DNA from: Ascoidea asiatica JCM 7603
Lineage: Eukaryota > Fungi > Ascomycota
Assembly: GCA_001600695.1 (NCBI GenBank)
Contig: BCKQ01000018.1
Coordinates: 270,194-301,719 of the forward strand
Direction of reading: 5' to 3'
Length of the DNA stretch: 31,526 nucleotides
The notes under the pieces were generated by a model, which had not been told where the DNA came from, searched no databases, and was given only the letters and a program-made list of their open reading frames with translations. A program made the translations under genes and the position numbers. Of the stretch, positions 1 to 11,231 are shown in pieces (positions within the stretch are counted from its first letter, which is position 1; each line of letters starts with the position of its first letter).

Positions 1-460
1 CCTGCTTAGACTGACAATAAGCATCCAATTAAAACGTTTTTCAATCATTCTCAAAAATTACTAAATGGTGATAGATGAAAATTAACTACAATCTCTTGGG
101 CCTTCGATTTGTAAACGTGGGGCTATTTGATTGTTAATCATTTTATTCTTTTATTGGAATTGTCTTCGGCCATGCTAGGCTATTCTTAAACTTTCTAAAA
201 TTTCATAAATTGTTCTACGACTACATTTTATTGCGTTCTCCGAACTTCCGTGTGCATGTTAAATATACTAGAACGTTCTGGGTCTGCATTATTTATTTTT
301 TCTTTCAAGTTCTGTGTGCATCTCGAATGTATTGGAATCTTTGTGTTTGTTCTTAGAATGACGTAGTGTCTTTTAGAATAATACTTTATTTTATTTTATT
401 TCTTAAGTATGGGAACTGAACTTTCACATACTAAATTTACAAATTTATTCTTAAGATGGG

Positions 461-467
461 TTACCCG
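461..467. promoter_or_regulatory. Reb1-type site TTACCCG
   Basis: Exact TTACCCG match in a long AT-rich intergenic region. Motif match only. Confidence 0.35.
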
Positions 468-2229
468 CTCCTATTTTCCACTAATATTAATAGGGCACTT
501 ACCTCCCTTATTTTTTATATAATTTTTATATATTTTATATTTTAATTAACAATTGTTTATAATTTGAATTAGATATCTTCTTAGTAATAATTAGATATTT
601 CGTTCGAACTACTATCATTTGGCTAGAATACTGAAATGTAGTGGAGTGAATACTCTCTAATATTGGGCAATACGAAATATATTTTAATCCTCATATTAAC
701 TTCACTATCAATATTTTATTGAATAAATACTGGATAATTATTGAATATAAGTGATTATTAGAGAATATTATTCTTAATTTATATGCGTATCTAAATTAGA
801 TATTTAACAAAAAGAATAGATTGGTTCAATTTATTAAATCTTTTGATAATCAAGAACTGAAAAATCAATTTAAATGTTTTTAACGTTAACTCCTGCCAAT
901 TAAAATATTCAATTTGTATTCATTTCCTTCTTGGACAATGACAAATAACAGTTTTCTGTAACTGCAGTTTTAGATTAAAAACGTATTTTTTTTCAACCAC
1001 TTTCATATCTTTTTCTGGAGATAATATAACTTCCAGATACACCTTCATACCATTTCAATAACGTTGAATATTTTTATCGTATTATTATTTCCTGATAGTT
1101 TCCCACAAATTGAGACATCATTAACGGTTAATTATTATTTTCAGATAGTAAAATATTTACTCCTAAATGGTTTCAAATGAAATCATTCTTTTTTTATTAT
1201 TTTCGAATTTGAGAAAATAAAGATAAATTTTTTACTGATTTAATTGTGTTCCTGGCCTTTTTGTTAGGATAATTTGAATTTATGGCAACATGCATTAAGA
1301 TAAACTGCCAATATTTGATACTGTGTCTAATATCTAAACTGAAATAACAAATAGTAGTTTATAATTCACGTAAGTTTAATGAACACTGAAAGTTACATAA
1401 ACTGAAAATTATTAATATAAAGTGCTGAAGTATGCTTTGATTTGAAACTTTTAAAAGTTCTTCATTTTAAGATTTAAAGCCTTTCTATATATTTGATTTT
1501 TAATATAAATATTTCAGAATTTTAAGTATATTTGCCTGTGCTTAGGTATTTACTGTACTAATACCTGTAGTATTAATGTTTTTGCCTATGTTTATCTAAT
1601 AAAAAGTATTAATCATTTAAACAGAAATTATAATTATTCCGAAAATTAAAAATTCTTTTTAAATCTATTTATTTGGAATCTGGTTTCCTCATAAACTGTT
1701 ATGATATTACTAATATTAATATTAATTGAATGAATCTAATAATAGTCAATCTTCTATTTGAAGAATGTAAGATATTTTTCAATATTATTATTGATAAAAA
1801 ATAAATTAATAATAATTTCCATTTCAACTCATTTTTTTATCTAAACATTGATTCAATGTTATTGTATATTAAATTATTATTATTTTCAATATATTATTAT
1901 AAAAAATACAAAATATTAGATCTTAAATATTACTTTGTTTGAAAATATATTAAATTATTACTTGATATATTATTATCTTGATTTTCCTTTCATTTTTAAT
2001 ACGTACACTGAAAATTATTAATAATGAGGAATTTCTTCTTTTACTTTTACTAAGATATATACTTTTAATTTTTCTTTTCTTTTTTACGACTAAATAAACT
2101 AAAAGTACTACAATTCATTCACTCTTTAAATAAAATAATTCAAATAAATAATTTACATATATTATTCATATAAATCTTTAAATAATTTATTTGAATTGAT
2201 TTGAATTATATCTCAAAGATATTCAAATA

Positions 2230-5200
2230 ATGGCTCTTGATCCAAACTCAAATTTACAAGTAATTAAACAAAAAGAAAATGATTCAATTTCCATTTTATC
2301 AAATGACAATAATACAAATAGTAATATTAATGAATCTCCAATAAGTTTTTTAATAAAACGAATTAAGATTTTATTATCTTCTTCAAGAAAATCTTCTATA
2401 TATGATATCGAAAATAATCCTATTTTTATTCAAACAAGAAAAACTTTACTATCCTTATCAATTAATAAGTCTTTCATACAACAATTTATAATCTCTTCAG
2501 TTAATTTATTAAATGAATTAAATAAATCTGATAATTATTTACCAATTGAGAAAAAAAATGATGAGAATTTAACTTCAATTTTAATTATTTTAAGATTAAT
2601 TTCTTCAGCTCTTGAAACAACTTGGTTAAATTCAAATAATTTAAGCAATAATTCTTCCGCAAATTCTAATAAAAACAAAACTAATAATAATGTTACTATA
2701 TTTGAAACTCCAATTTTTTCAAATAGTATAAATACTTCAAGTAATATTTATTTTAATATTTTACATCCTTCAATTTTTCATTCTTCAAATAATGATCTAC
2801 CTTTATTAAAGTCAATATCTGTTTCAAATTGTTTAGACATTTTATCTCAATTGAGATCTTCTACTTTAATACATAATGAATTAATCAATCTCAAAAATAT
2901 AAATAATTTTCAAAAAGATGATTCATTTCTAAATTTAATTATAAATCAATCTTCAAATTTAAATAATACACAAAAATTCTTAATTCAAAATATTGATTAT
3001 AATTCAAATTTGATTTTAAGATATCTTTCAGCTTCAAATCAAGATGATTATTCAAATCACTTAATTAACAAAATTGTTACTTTGAATCATGATAATGATA
3101 ATGATAATAATATAATTTCTTCAATTGATCAATCTTTATATAAATACTTTGATTTATTTAATTTCATTTATTTATCTCCTTCCTTAATCATTGATTATTT
3201 CAAAAAGATTTGGGATTTATTAATCGTCGTTAAAAAATCAATAAATCAACAATTAATACTTTCCTTTTTTACAAATTCTATTAAATATTGGATAGTATCA
3301 AAACCAGAAGAATATTTATCTTCCACTTCTCTTTCCTTGACTCCAAATTCGAACAAATCTAAAAAAGATTCAAGTACAACTTCATTATCTCAAGAGGCTG
3401 AAAAATTATTTGATTACATTTACCCTAATTTTGATTCTGCAAAGTCAACATTTAGATCATCAAATCGATTTTTAGCAATTTTCTTAGCATTATCTCCTTC
3501 CTCATTCGATTCATTTTTATCAAGTTTAAATTCTAAACTAAGCGCTCTTTCGAGAAGTAAAAAACAAAAGTTTTTAAATACTTTGGTTAAATCTGTTTCT
3601 CAATCAAACTCGAATAATGATATCAATGGACTAAATAATATTAATAACATTCCAAATAATTCAAATGCTTCAAATGGAATGAATATAATGTCAGGTTCTG
3701 CCAATTTAATATCTCAATTTGAAGGTTGTTATAGTTTAGTTTCAATATTCACAATCGCTTCTTCAATTCTTCCTTATGAACCAGATCATCCTTTAGTTCA
3801 ATTTTCTAAAAATTATTCTTCTTTGGTGGAAGATTATCTTTCTTTTCAAACAAATACTGCTAGTACTTCTAACAACGATAACTTATTGAACATATATCTA
3901 GATCCTTTAAGAATTGATTTTTTTTGCTGTAGTGCTATTTTAAATCCTGGCCATGTGTTGTTAGATATTATTCAAACTTTGAATGATAAAAATTCAAGTT
4001 TACATAAAATAAAAAACATTACAGAAGGTATTAAAAGGTTGAAAAAATTTCCTACCATGAACAATGCTTTTAACACTTTTATTATAAAGGTTAACTTTTT
4101 ACTAAGAGATTGGATGTTAAAAGTTTCTAATACAATTGAACTGTCTACGTTTCCGGAGGGTGAGGGTGTTTCAAGAATGAAATTCAATGATCAAAATCTG
4201 AGCCTGAGCTCCCTTGGTTCATCAATTACTGTTTCTACATCTCATACTAATAGTAACAACAACAGTAATGGTAGCCCTAATATTAGTAATAATGGAAGCA
4301 ACTTAGGTCCTAATATGAACATGCAAAGTTCTATCTCTCCTTCAATGTCAAGTCTTGCTCCAAGTACTACAATAAATGGAAACAGTAAAATTCCTAAACA
4401 TGCTTCCACTAATATGACTTCTAAGAATAGTAAGAAACACAATTATACTTATATCAGAAATAACAGCCGAAATGTAAAAGACAAAAAAAAAGAGAACTCC
4501 TTTAAATTCACAAAAATTAAAGATAAACTTGACAAAAATAATAATCCTCATCTCCATTCGAAGCAATCAATGGCAAATTTCAGTAATGGCCAAGCTCCTA
4601 CTCATCATCAAAGCTCTTCCAGTGGCAGTGACATTTTAGTAAATAGTAGCAGCACCATGACTTCATTATCATCCACCACAGGCATACCTAATGAAAATTA
4701 CCTTTCGTCAGATAGTGTTACCGACTTCAATTTAAGTACTTTCAACACAATAATTAAATTGAAAGCCGCTGAATATCAAAGAAAGTTATCCGATTCTAAA
4801 TACATTACTAGAGAAATCTTGTCAAATTCTTTTGATATATTCTCTTTTTGTCCATATTTGTTTCTATTCTCAAATGCGGAACAATCCCTCACAAATGAAG
4901 CTCCAATTCTCAATCCTTCTATAAAAAATTCTGATTTAGCTGAAGTATTTAAAAATTCGGCCTCGTATCTTTCATGCGTTAATATAGCTCTTCTTGACAA
5001 CAATCGCGTTCTTAATGAATCTGCTTTGAAATTTATAATGGGATTGTTAAAGATTACAAAAGATTTTGAAACTAACAAAATATTTGCTGCCTATGTTTCT
5101 TCAAATCTTCTTTTATTGGAATTATCTGAAAGCTTACTTGAATTTAGTCTCACCGAGCCGAAAGTCAACAATATATTAAACTTGATAACTACAATACTCA

Positions 5201-8200
5201 AAACTCGTCATCTGGTTGTCAAGAAAACAAATTTATCAAAACTTTCAGAAACTCTTTCTGATCCTAATGATTTCTCTAGATCTAATAGAGCTGCTCATTC
5301 CGGTATTATAGATATATGTAAGAGATTATACTACCAACTTGAAAAAAGTTTATTTGTCTGTACGTGCTCACCTGAGATTGATTCTTACAATTTAATAAAA
5401 AGTTCAGGCTCCTCAATTTTATCTGAATTGGAAATTTTAGACCCTGAAAAAATTATCCTATCCATTAATTTTGATTTCAAATTTTATACTGAAATTAAAA
5501 AAAACAATGATATAATTACCGGTCTAGTTGCAATCCAAAAAAGAATACGAAGTATTTTGTTGAAAATAGAAACTCCATCAATCTCTTTAATTGATTCGTG
5601 GAATTTAATTTACCGAAGATGGTCAGTCTCTTCTAATTCGCCAAGCATTTATAATGACTCGATAGAACAGAGGAATTATGCGGGGTTTCTAGCAGCTACT
5701 TCTGGTGTTTTTTTGAAACCAGAGTTCGAATCAGATCTGGACATAGATGCCGGAATTCCTTCAATTGAACATTTTATTTCTAGACATATAGAACTCCTCG
5801 GATCCGATGATATAATAACAAGAGAATCTGCTAAAGATATTTTATCTAATGATTTACATCCACTTGCGATGGATTTACTTATTGACAATGTCACTGGGAT
5901 AATCAAACAAATCTACAACAAGAAACCGTTGGAGAAAACGGATTTGATTTTACTAGATCAAATATGTTCATTATTCATGTTTGTAATGAATTCTCGCGAC
6001 AAAATTCAAATCCTTAAAATTTCATTGAAAATAATCAATCCCTTATATTTTCTAGTTTACTATATGAATGACTTAAATAGAGATAATATTGATGTGATTA
6101 AAGTGCAAATTAAATTATGCAAGATGCTTTCAATTATCTTTTCATCTCAAGAAAACCTTTTGTTGGGAGGATTGGTAAAACTCAAGAATCAGTTTGTTAG
6201 AATATATTTCAAAAAGTTCGAAAATTCTGTATTCTACCAATTTAATAGCAGACCGGAGAATCCAGGACAAAAGAAGGTTCAAGATGCTGAATTGGATTCT
6301 AAAAAGCAAAGGGAATTAGCTCATATGCATTTAGATTTAGCAGTGGAATCAATTAAAGCTATTGCCATTATGTTGGATGGTCTTTCATTAGAAGTTCCTC
6401 AACCTCAAAATGCAGAAGAATTACTTAGATCAAAAAAAATTGTTTTTGGAAATTTTTTCAGTTTGTTTCTTAGGGTTTTGGAAAAATTTAATTCCACTAA
6501 AGGAAATAAAACCATAGATTCAATTTCAACCAATAGACATAAATACACAGTAATCTCAGAGCAAACAATCCTTGCCTTGACTAACCTATTGAAATCTAAC
6601 TCAGATATAGGCTTGGAAATTGCTCTTCCTTTAGGATTTCATGATAATAGACGTATTAGACTCTCCTTCCTTCATGTTTTTACTAATATAGTGGCAGATA
6701 TTGAGAATGTTGTTAAAAAAGATGAGAATAGACAAATATCCGAATTGGTTACTTCATATAAGAATTTTGAGATTTCACTTGCCGATTCTTGTCCTCCAAT
6801 AGAAGTAGACTCATTGGCGTCTGCCTTGTTACGTATATGGGAATCAAAAGGTAAGGGCATTGACCTTGTAAGTAGCCTTTTGCGTCATGAAATTTTGAAG
6901 CTTTCTAGGCGAACTGATATTTTAAGAAGGAACAGTGTTGCAACAAGAATGCTTTCTTTATATGCAAAAACCGATGGGACGGTTTACATTAAAGCGACCT
7001 TGCAACCAGTTTTGAATCGTTTGATATACAATAATGATTTTTTTGAAGTAGAAAAATTGAACGTCAATGATGTAGATGCTGATGCTAACTTAAGAATATT
7101 CATGATATACTTGAATGATTTAGTTGACGCAATTACAAATTCAGTTAGCTTGGTTCCACCAGAGTTTATGCTGATATGCTCTATTATCGAGAAAGCTTCC
7201 CAAGATAAGTTTAAGGCACCAACCCAATTACTTGGGGTAGGTTCGTTTATTTTTCTAAGGTTTTTTTGTCCTTCAATTGTCAGCCCTGAAATAGATGAAT
7301 TGGTGTCAGCAAAATATGACGCTAAGGCTAAGAGATCATTTATTCAGTTAGCAAAGGTCTTACAAAATATCGCAAACAGATCCATACAATTATTGAAATG
7401 GCCATTGCTATCATCAAAGATGGAAGAGTTGCACAAATTAAGTGAAAAGGTGTTTTCTTTCTTAAGAACAATAACATATGATTGTAAATATAATATTTCT
7501 GAACATGAAAATTCTGAAGCTGATGAACTAGAACTAAATTATTTACATCAATTTATATTTGATCATTGGGCTGAAATTCGCTATAATTTTTTCCAGGAAT
7601 CCTTTAGTGATCCGGTGGAATTATCTAAAAAAGCACTTGTATTTGCTCATTTAGATAAAGCTGTTTCTACTTTTGCTCAGCCTTTAAGGCCAAACGATAA
7701 TGTTATTCCAGATAATATCAGAAATGATACTGAAAATTGTGGAACTCTATATGAATTCATGACAAAGTATTCTTCGAATGACTATTCATCCTTTTTCGAT
7801 ACCCCTTTCATATATGAAAGTATTTCTAGAGATGGGACTCCTACCGTTATATTGACATATTATTTTTTTCAAAAATTAGCAATCAGTTCAGAAGTGTGTA
7901 TGTTTAGATTTTTTCAAGTCATTAGTAAATTTTGGAACACTAAATATTATTTGATAATGGATTACACTTCTTTTAATCCAAATCTGACAATCCTTAACAC
8001 AGATTTATTTGAAATCTTATCACCCGACTTTCTTTGCAAAAACTGTGCTGGAGTTTTTTACTATAATATTTCTGAATATGCTTTTGATTCAGTCCTGAAA
8101 GATATTTCAAGTAGAGATACTAGTAGATTTCTTAACCCTTTTAAAGTCCGTTATGTTTTCTTATCTTCTTTTGATGACCCTCATTTACTCATGTCTTTGG

Positions 8201-10911
8201 GTTTAACCGAAAACTCAAAAAAAATATTGAATGACGTAAGAATAGTTTTCAACGATGTGTCTTTATATTATGAGAAAGAGCAGAAGTATGATCCAATTTC
8301 TTTAAGGATCGGAACTGAATATGTTCAATATGCTTTTAATCAACCTCATAGAATAAAAATTGGTGGCACAATGAAGAATATTCGTCTAGTTAATGTTGTT
8401 TTTGCTGAAAAGATCACTCCTGCTTTAGATTTCAACTTTACTGGAGTTTCAAATGAATTTTGCTTAATTGACGATAATAGTAATACAAAAATGGTACTTG
8501 TATCTTCTAAGAAAGATGAAATTATCAGAAGTTTATATTTTGCCAAAACTAGAGCTATGGAGAACATTGAAGAATCTACTGAGCCTAAATCTATTTATGA
8601 TTTCTTAGGGGAGTTATTCAATATCAATTTCCTTGGGCTTGTTTCTGACTCAGACGAGGTTAGAGCTGAATGTTATACTTCAGTTGGAATTATATTAAGA
8701 TCTTTAAAAATTGATATTGGACGGAATGTGGTAGGCTTTAGTGAGCTAAATTTCCCTAGAGATTATAGTTCATTTGTGATTTCGTTATCAGAACAGCTTG
8801 CTGTTTCATACCCTAAAATAACTTATCAATTCATCAAGGGGTTTTTCAATGCCTATAAAAATACTGGAATACATAAATTATATTGTATTTTATACTGTGC
8901 TCCTTGGATTCGAAATATTTATCATTATGTTTATTCAAATGCTGATGAGAATGGTCCTGAAAAGGCTTCCGAGTTAATCCGAGAGCTTGTAAAATTATCT
9001 ACTTGTGAAAATCAACTAAATTTACTGAATTTTAATATTAATATATGGTCGAAATTGATTGTGGAGAAAGAACTTACTAGTATTGTTGTAGATGAAGTTG
9101 TAATTTCTGCAATGGATCTTGAAGCAGAAGGTGATCATTCTCCACCAGTTATGTCTTTATTAACATCTTCATCTACTAAAGAAATTTGTTTACAAATAGT
9201 AACAAGACTAAGAACAATCATTCAAAAACTTTCTCCTGTTGAAAATGATTCTGTTGCTTCTCAAACCAGTTGGCTAGAAATAACAGTTTTAGTGAAGATA
9301 ACTGTGGGATTATTTTTTGATTCAGAGTCTAATATAGATATATTTTTACCTGATTTATTTTTCCTTTCAAGTATATTATTAAATATTGGACCTTATGAGT
9401 TAAGAAAGTCCCTACATGACTTAGTTATGTGTATTACTCATTGCTTTTTAACAAAATTAAGCAACACTTCCGAAGAGTCTATTAGAATTAAAAATATTAT
9501 TGATGAATTAACTGGGGAAAAAGCCAAATCACTTTTTGGTCTTTATAATTCTAGAAGAAGTTCGATAACAGAAAATAGTTCAATGATTTTTTCCAAAATT
9601 CAAGGTATCGAGCATTTTACAGATTGTTTACTATCTTTAATTACTGACTGTTCTCCTGAACTAAAATCTCAATGGATAAATGTATGGAATTCATATGTCA
9701 GTAAATTGGCCTTCTCAGATGATTCTTTATTAAAACCAAGAGCATTACTTTTAATTGGGTTTTTGAATAAAAATAAAGGAGATACAATTCTAACAATTAA
9801 AACTTTAGATGCTGCATCCAAAACAATTGAAGCAAAAGTCTTTGATAGTCATTTATTTTCTACGCAGGTGTGTGCATTTAATGCATTGTCAAATTTTGTT
9901 GTTGATTCATATTCTATTCCATTGAATTTAGTTAGATTATTTTGGATTGGACTTTCAATTTCTATGATCGACGATGTTTCAATGTATATGACGAGTATTC
10001 AATTATTATCAAAGACTCTTGATATAATAAATAAGAGTAAAATTCTTGAATCTGAGAGTTTTTCTTCAATGCTTTTTTCAAGTAAAAAAGGATTGGAGCC
10101 TGAAATTTCTAGATTTGAAAGATTACTGAATATTAATATAGAAGAAAGACATTTTGATTCTTTAATTTTATATTTAGGATTAAAAGGATTAGTTAATCAA
10201 AAAACTAAGAGTCTTTCAACTACATTTTTAAAGACATTTTTTAAAATAAGATGTAAATCTACAATTCGTTATGCCAAGTCAAAAAATTTAAATACTTTTG
10301 ATTCAAATTCTGTTTCATACTTATTATTTCTTTATTTGATTCTTGATAATGAAGAACTTAAAGAAATAGTTGCACAAGCAGGATTAGATAGTACAAAAGT
10401 TATTGAATTAGGTGAAGATATAACGATACCTAGGGTTGTTGTTGATTACTTACTTACAGGAAAAGCTCAACCACTTGTTTTATTGTTATTGGCTGGATTT
10501 TATTTCAGTTCAAATACAATGGAAAATCAAACAGTCGAGAAATATTTATTATTGGTGAAATTCATTGGTCAACATAATAGTACCCTTCTTCAGTCATTTT
10601 ATTTTGAAATTTATCCTCAACTAAAAAAAATAGCATACGGAGGAGAATCTTTGAATACCCTTAGTATAACATATGATATTATAACTGATGCTTCAGAAAC
10701 AAATCAAGAAATAGATTTCGCATCAAGTAGAAAATCTAGTGAAGATTTACTAAAAAAAAATAATATAATAGGAATTAAACAATTTAAATTCGTTGATTTG
10801 TTCTATTCAAAGGATAAAAATTCATTAGTTGATGAATTAACTTTAGCTAAATTGAAGGAAATTTCAGCAATGATTAAAAAGGTAACAGATCTGTTAAGTA
10901 GTGGTAACTAG
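2230..10911 (+). CDS. IRA2: Ras GTPase-activating protein, neurofibromin/Ira1/Ira2 family (2893 aa)
   Basis: Uninterrupted 8.7-kb ORF. RasGAP signature FLRFFCPSIVSP, arginine-finger region ILRRNSVATRML, and KVLQNIAN. Size matches Ira1/Ira2/NF1. Convergent with REX4, as IRA2 is in S. cerevisiae. Probably the single orthologue of IRA1/IRA2. Confidence 0.96.
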   Translation: MALDPNSNLQVIKQKENDSISILSNDNNTNSNINESPISFLIKRIKILLSSSRKSSIYDIENNPIFIQTRKTLLSLSINKSFIQQFIISSVNLLNELNKSDNYLPIEKKNDENLTSILIILRLISSALETTWLNSNNLSNNSSANSNKNKTNNNVTIFETPIFSNSINTSSNIYFNILHPSIFHSSNNDLPLLKSISVSNCLDILSQLRSSTLIHNELINLKNINNFQKDDSFLNLIINQSSNLNNTQKFLIQNIDYNSNLILRYLSASNQDDYSNHLINKIVTLNHDNDNDNNIISSIDQSLYKYFDLFNFIYLSPSLIIDYFKKIWDLLIVVKKSINQQLILSFFTNSIKYWIVSKPEEYLSSTSLSLTPNSNKSKKDSSTTSLSQEAEKLFDYIYPNFDSAKSTFRSSNRFLAIFLALSPSSFDSFLSSLNSKLSALSRSKKQKFLNTLVKSVSQSNSNNDINGLNNINNIPNNSNASNGMNIMSGSANLISQFEGCYSLVSIFTIASSILPYEPDHPLVQFSKNYSSLVEDYLSFQTNTASTSNNDNLLNIYLDPLRIDFFCCSAILNPGHVLLDIIQTLNDKNSSLHKIKNITEGIKRLKKFPTMNNAFNTFIIKVNFLLRDWMLKVSNTIELSTFPEGEGVSRMKFNDQNLSLSSLGSSITVSTSHTNSNNNSNGSPNISNNGSNLGPNMNMQSSISPSMSSLAPSTTINGNSKIPKHASTNMTSKNSKKHNYTYIRNNSRNVKDKKKENSFKFTKIKDKLDKNNNPHLHSKQSMANFSNGQAPTHHQSSSSGSDILVNSSSTMTSLSSTTGIPNENYLSSDSVTDFNLSTFNTIIKLKAAEYQRKLSDSKYITREILSNSFDIFSFCPYLFLFSNAEQSLTNEAPILNPSIKNSDLAEVFKNSASYLSCVNIALLDNNRVLNESALKFIMGLLKITKDFETNKIFAAYVSSNLLLLELSESLLEFSLTEPKVNNILNLITTILKTRHLVVKKTNLSKLSETLSDPNDFSRSNRAAHSGIIDICKRLYYQLEKSLFVCTCSPEIDSYNLIKSSGSSILSELEILDPEKIILSINFDFKFYTEIKKNNDIITGLVAIQKRIRSILLKIETPSISLIDSWNLIYRRWSVSSNSPSIYNDSIEQRNYAGFLAATSGVFLKPEFESDLDIDAGIPSIEHFISRHIELLGSDDIITRESAKDILSNDLHPLAMDLLIDNVTGIIKQIYNKKPLEKTDLILLDQICSLFMFVMNSRDKIQILKISLKIINPLYFLVYYMNDLNRDNIDVIKVQIKLCKMLSIIFSSQENLLLGGLVKLKNQFVRIYFKKFENSVFYQFNSRPENPGQKKVQDAELDSKKQRELAHMHLDLAVESIKAIAIMLDGLSLEVPQPQNAEELLRSKKIVFGNFFSLFLRVLEKFNSTKGNKTIDSISTNRHKYTVISEQTILALTNLLKSNSDIGLEIALPLGFHDNRRIRLSFLHVFTNIVADIENVVKKDENRQISELVTSYKNFEISLADSCPPIEVDSLASALLRIWESKGKGIDLVSSLLRHEILKLSRRTDILRRNSVATRMLSLYAKTDGTVYIKATLQPVLNRLIYNNDFFEVEKLNVNDVDADANLRIFMIYLNDLVDAITNSVSLVPPEFMLICSIIEKASQDKFKAPTQLLGVGSFIFLRFFCPSIVSPEIDELVSAKYDAKAKRSFIQLAKVLQNIANRSIQLLKWPLLSSKMEELHKLSEKVFSFLRTITYDCKYNISEHENSEADELELNYLHQFIFDHWAEIRYNFFQESFSDPVELSKKALVFAHLDKAVSTFAQPLRPNDNVIPDNIRNDTENCGTLYEFMTKYSSNDYSSFFDTPFIYESISRDGTPTVILTYYFFQKLAISSEVCMFRFFQVISKFWNTKYYLIMDYTSFNPNLTILNTDLFEILSPDFLCKNCAGVFYYNISEYAFDSVLKDISSRDTSRFLNPFKVRYVFLSSFDDPHLLMSLGLTENSKKILNDVRIVFNDVSLYYEKEQKYDPISLRIGTEYVQYAFNQPHRIKIGGTMKNIRLVNVVFAEKITPALDFNFTGVSNEFCLIDDNSNTKMVLVSSKKDEIIRSLYFAKTRAMENIEESTEPKSIYDFLGELFNINFLGLVSDSDEVRAECYTSVGIILRSLKIDIGRNVVGFSELNFPRDYSSFVISLSEQLAVSYPKITYQFIKGFFNAYKNTGIHKLYCILYCAPWIRNIYHYVYSNADENGPEKASELIRELVKLSTCENQLNLLNFNINIWSKLIVEKELTSIVVDEVVISAMDLEAEGDHSPPVMSLLTSSSTKEICLQIVTRLRTIIQKLSPVENDSVASQTSWLEITVLVKITVGLFFDSESNIDIFLPDLFFLSSILLNIGPYELRKSLHDLVMCITHCFLTKLSNTSEESIRIKNIIDELTGEKAKSLFGLYNSRRSSITENSSMIFSKIQGIEHFTDCLLSLITDCSPELKSQWINVWNSYVSKLAFSDDSLLKPRALLLIGFLNKNKGDTILTIKTLDAASKTIEAKVFDSHLFSTQVCAFNALSNFVVDSYSIPLNLVRLFWIGLSISMIDDVSMYMTSIQLLSKTLDIINKSKILESESFSSMLFSSKKGLEPEISRFERLLNINIEERHFDSLILYLGLKGLVNQKTKSLSTTFLKTFFKIRCKSTIRYAKSKNLNTFDSNSVSYLLFLYLILDNEELKEIVAQAGLDSTKVIELGEDITIPRVVVDYLLTGKAQPLVLLLLAGFYFSSNTMENQTVEKYLLLVKFIGQHNSTLLQSFYFEIYPQLKKIAYGGESLNTLSITYDIITDASETNQEIDFASSRKSSEDLLKKNNIIGIKQFKFVDLFYSKDKNSLVDELTLAKLKEISAMIKKVTDLLSSGN

Positions 10912-11231
10912 CCTCTTTCTTCTTTATTTTCTCTTTTTTTTTTTTCTCTCAACATCGTCTCCTTCTTTCTAAAAATCATGACATTTTTTAAGATTTTAGG
11001 AACTTTTCGACCAAATTTGAATAATTTGTAAATCATACTTTTTCTTTTTTTTTTTCTTTGCTTTATTAAATACTCTTCTGAAATGCGTTTTTTTTAACTT
11101 TTTGTTTAAGTTTTGTTTTATTTATTATGTTTTATTTCTATTGTATTTTTTTATCACTCTCTCCGTCTTTATAAATATTTTATGAATAAATTATCAACTA
11201 TCTAAATATATCATATTCCTGAAAATAGTAA

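Noticed and set aside
3972-8567. Seven short minus-strand ORFs inside IRA
   Set aside because: Antisense shadows of a long AT-rich coding frame; no recognisable motifs.
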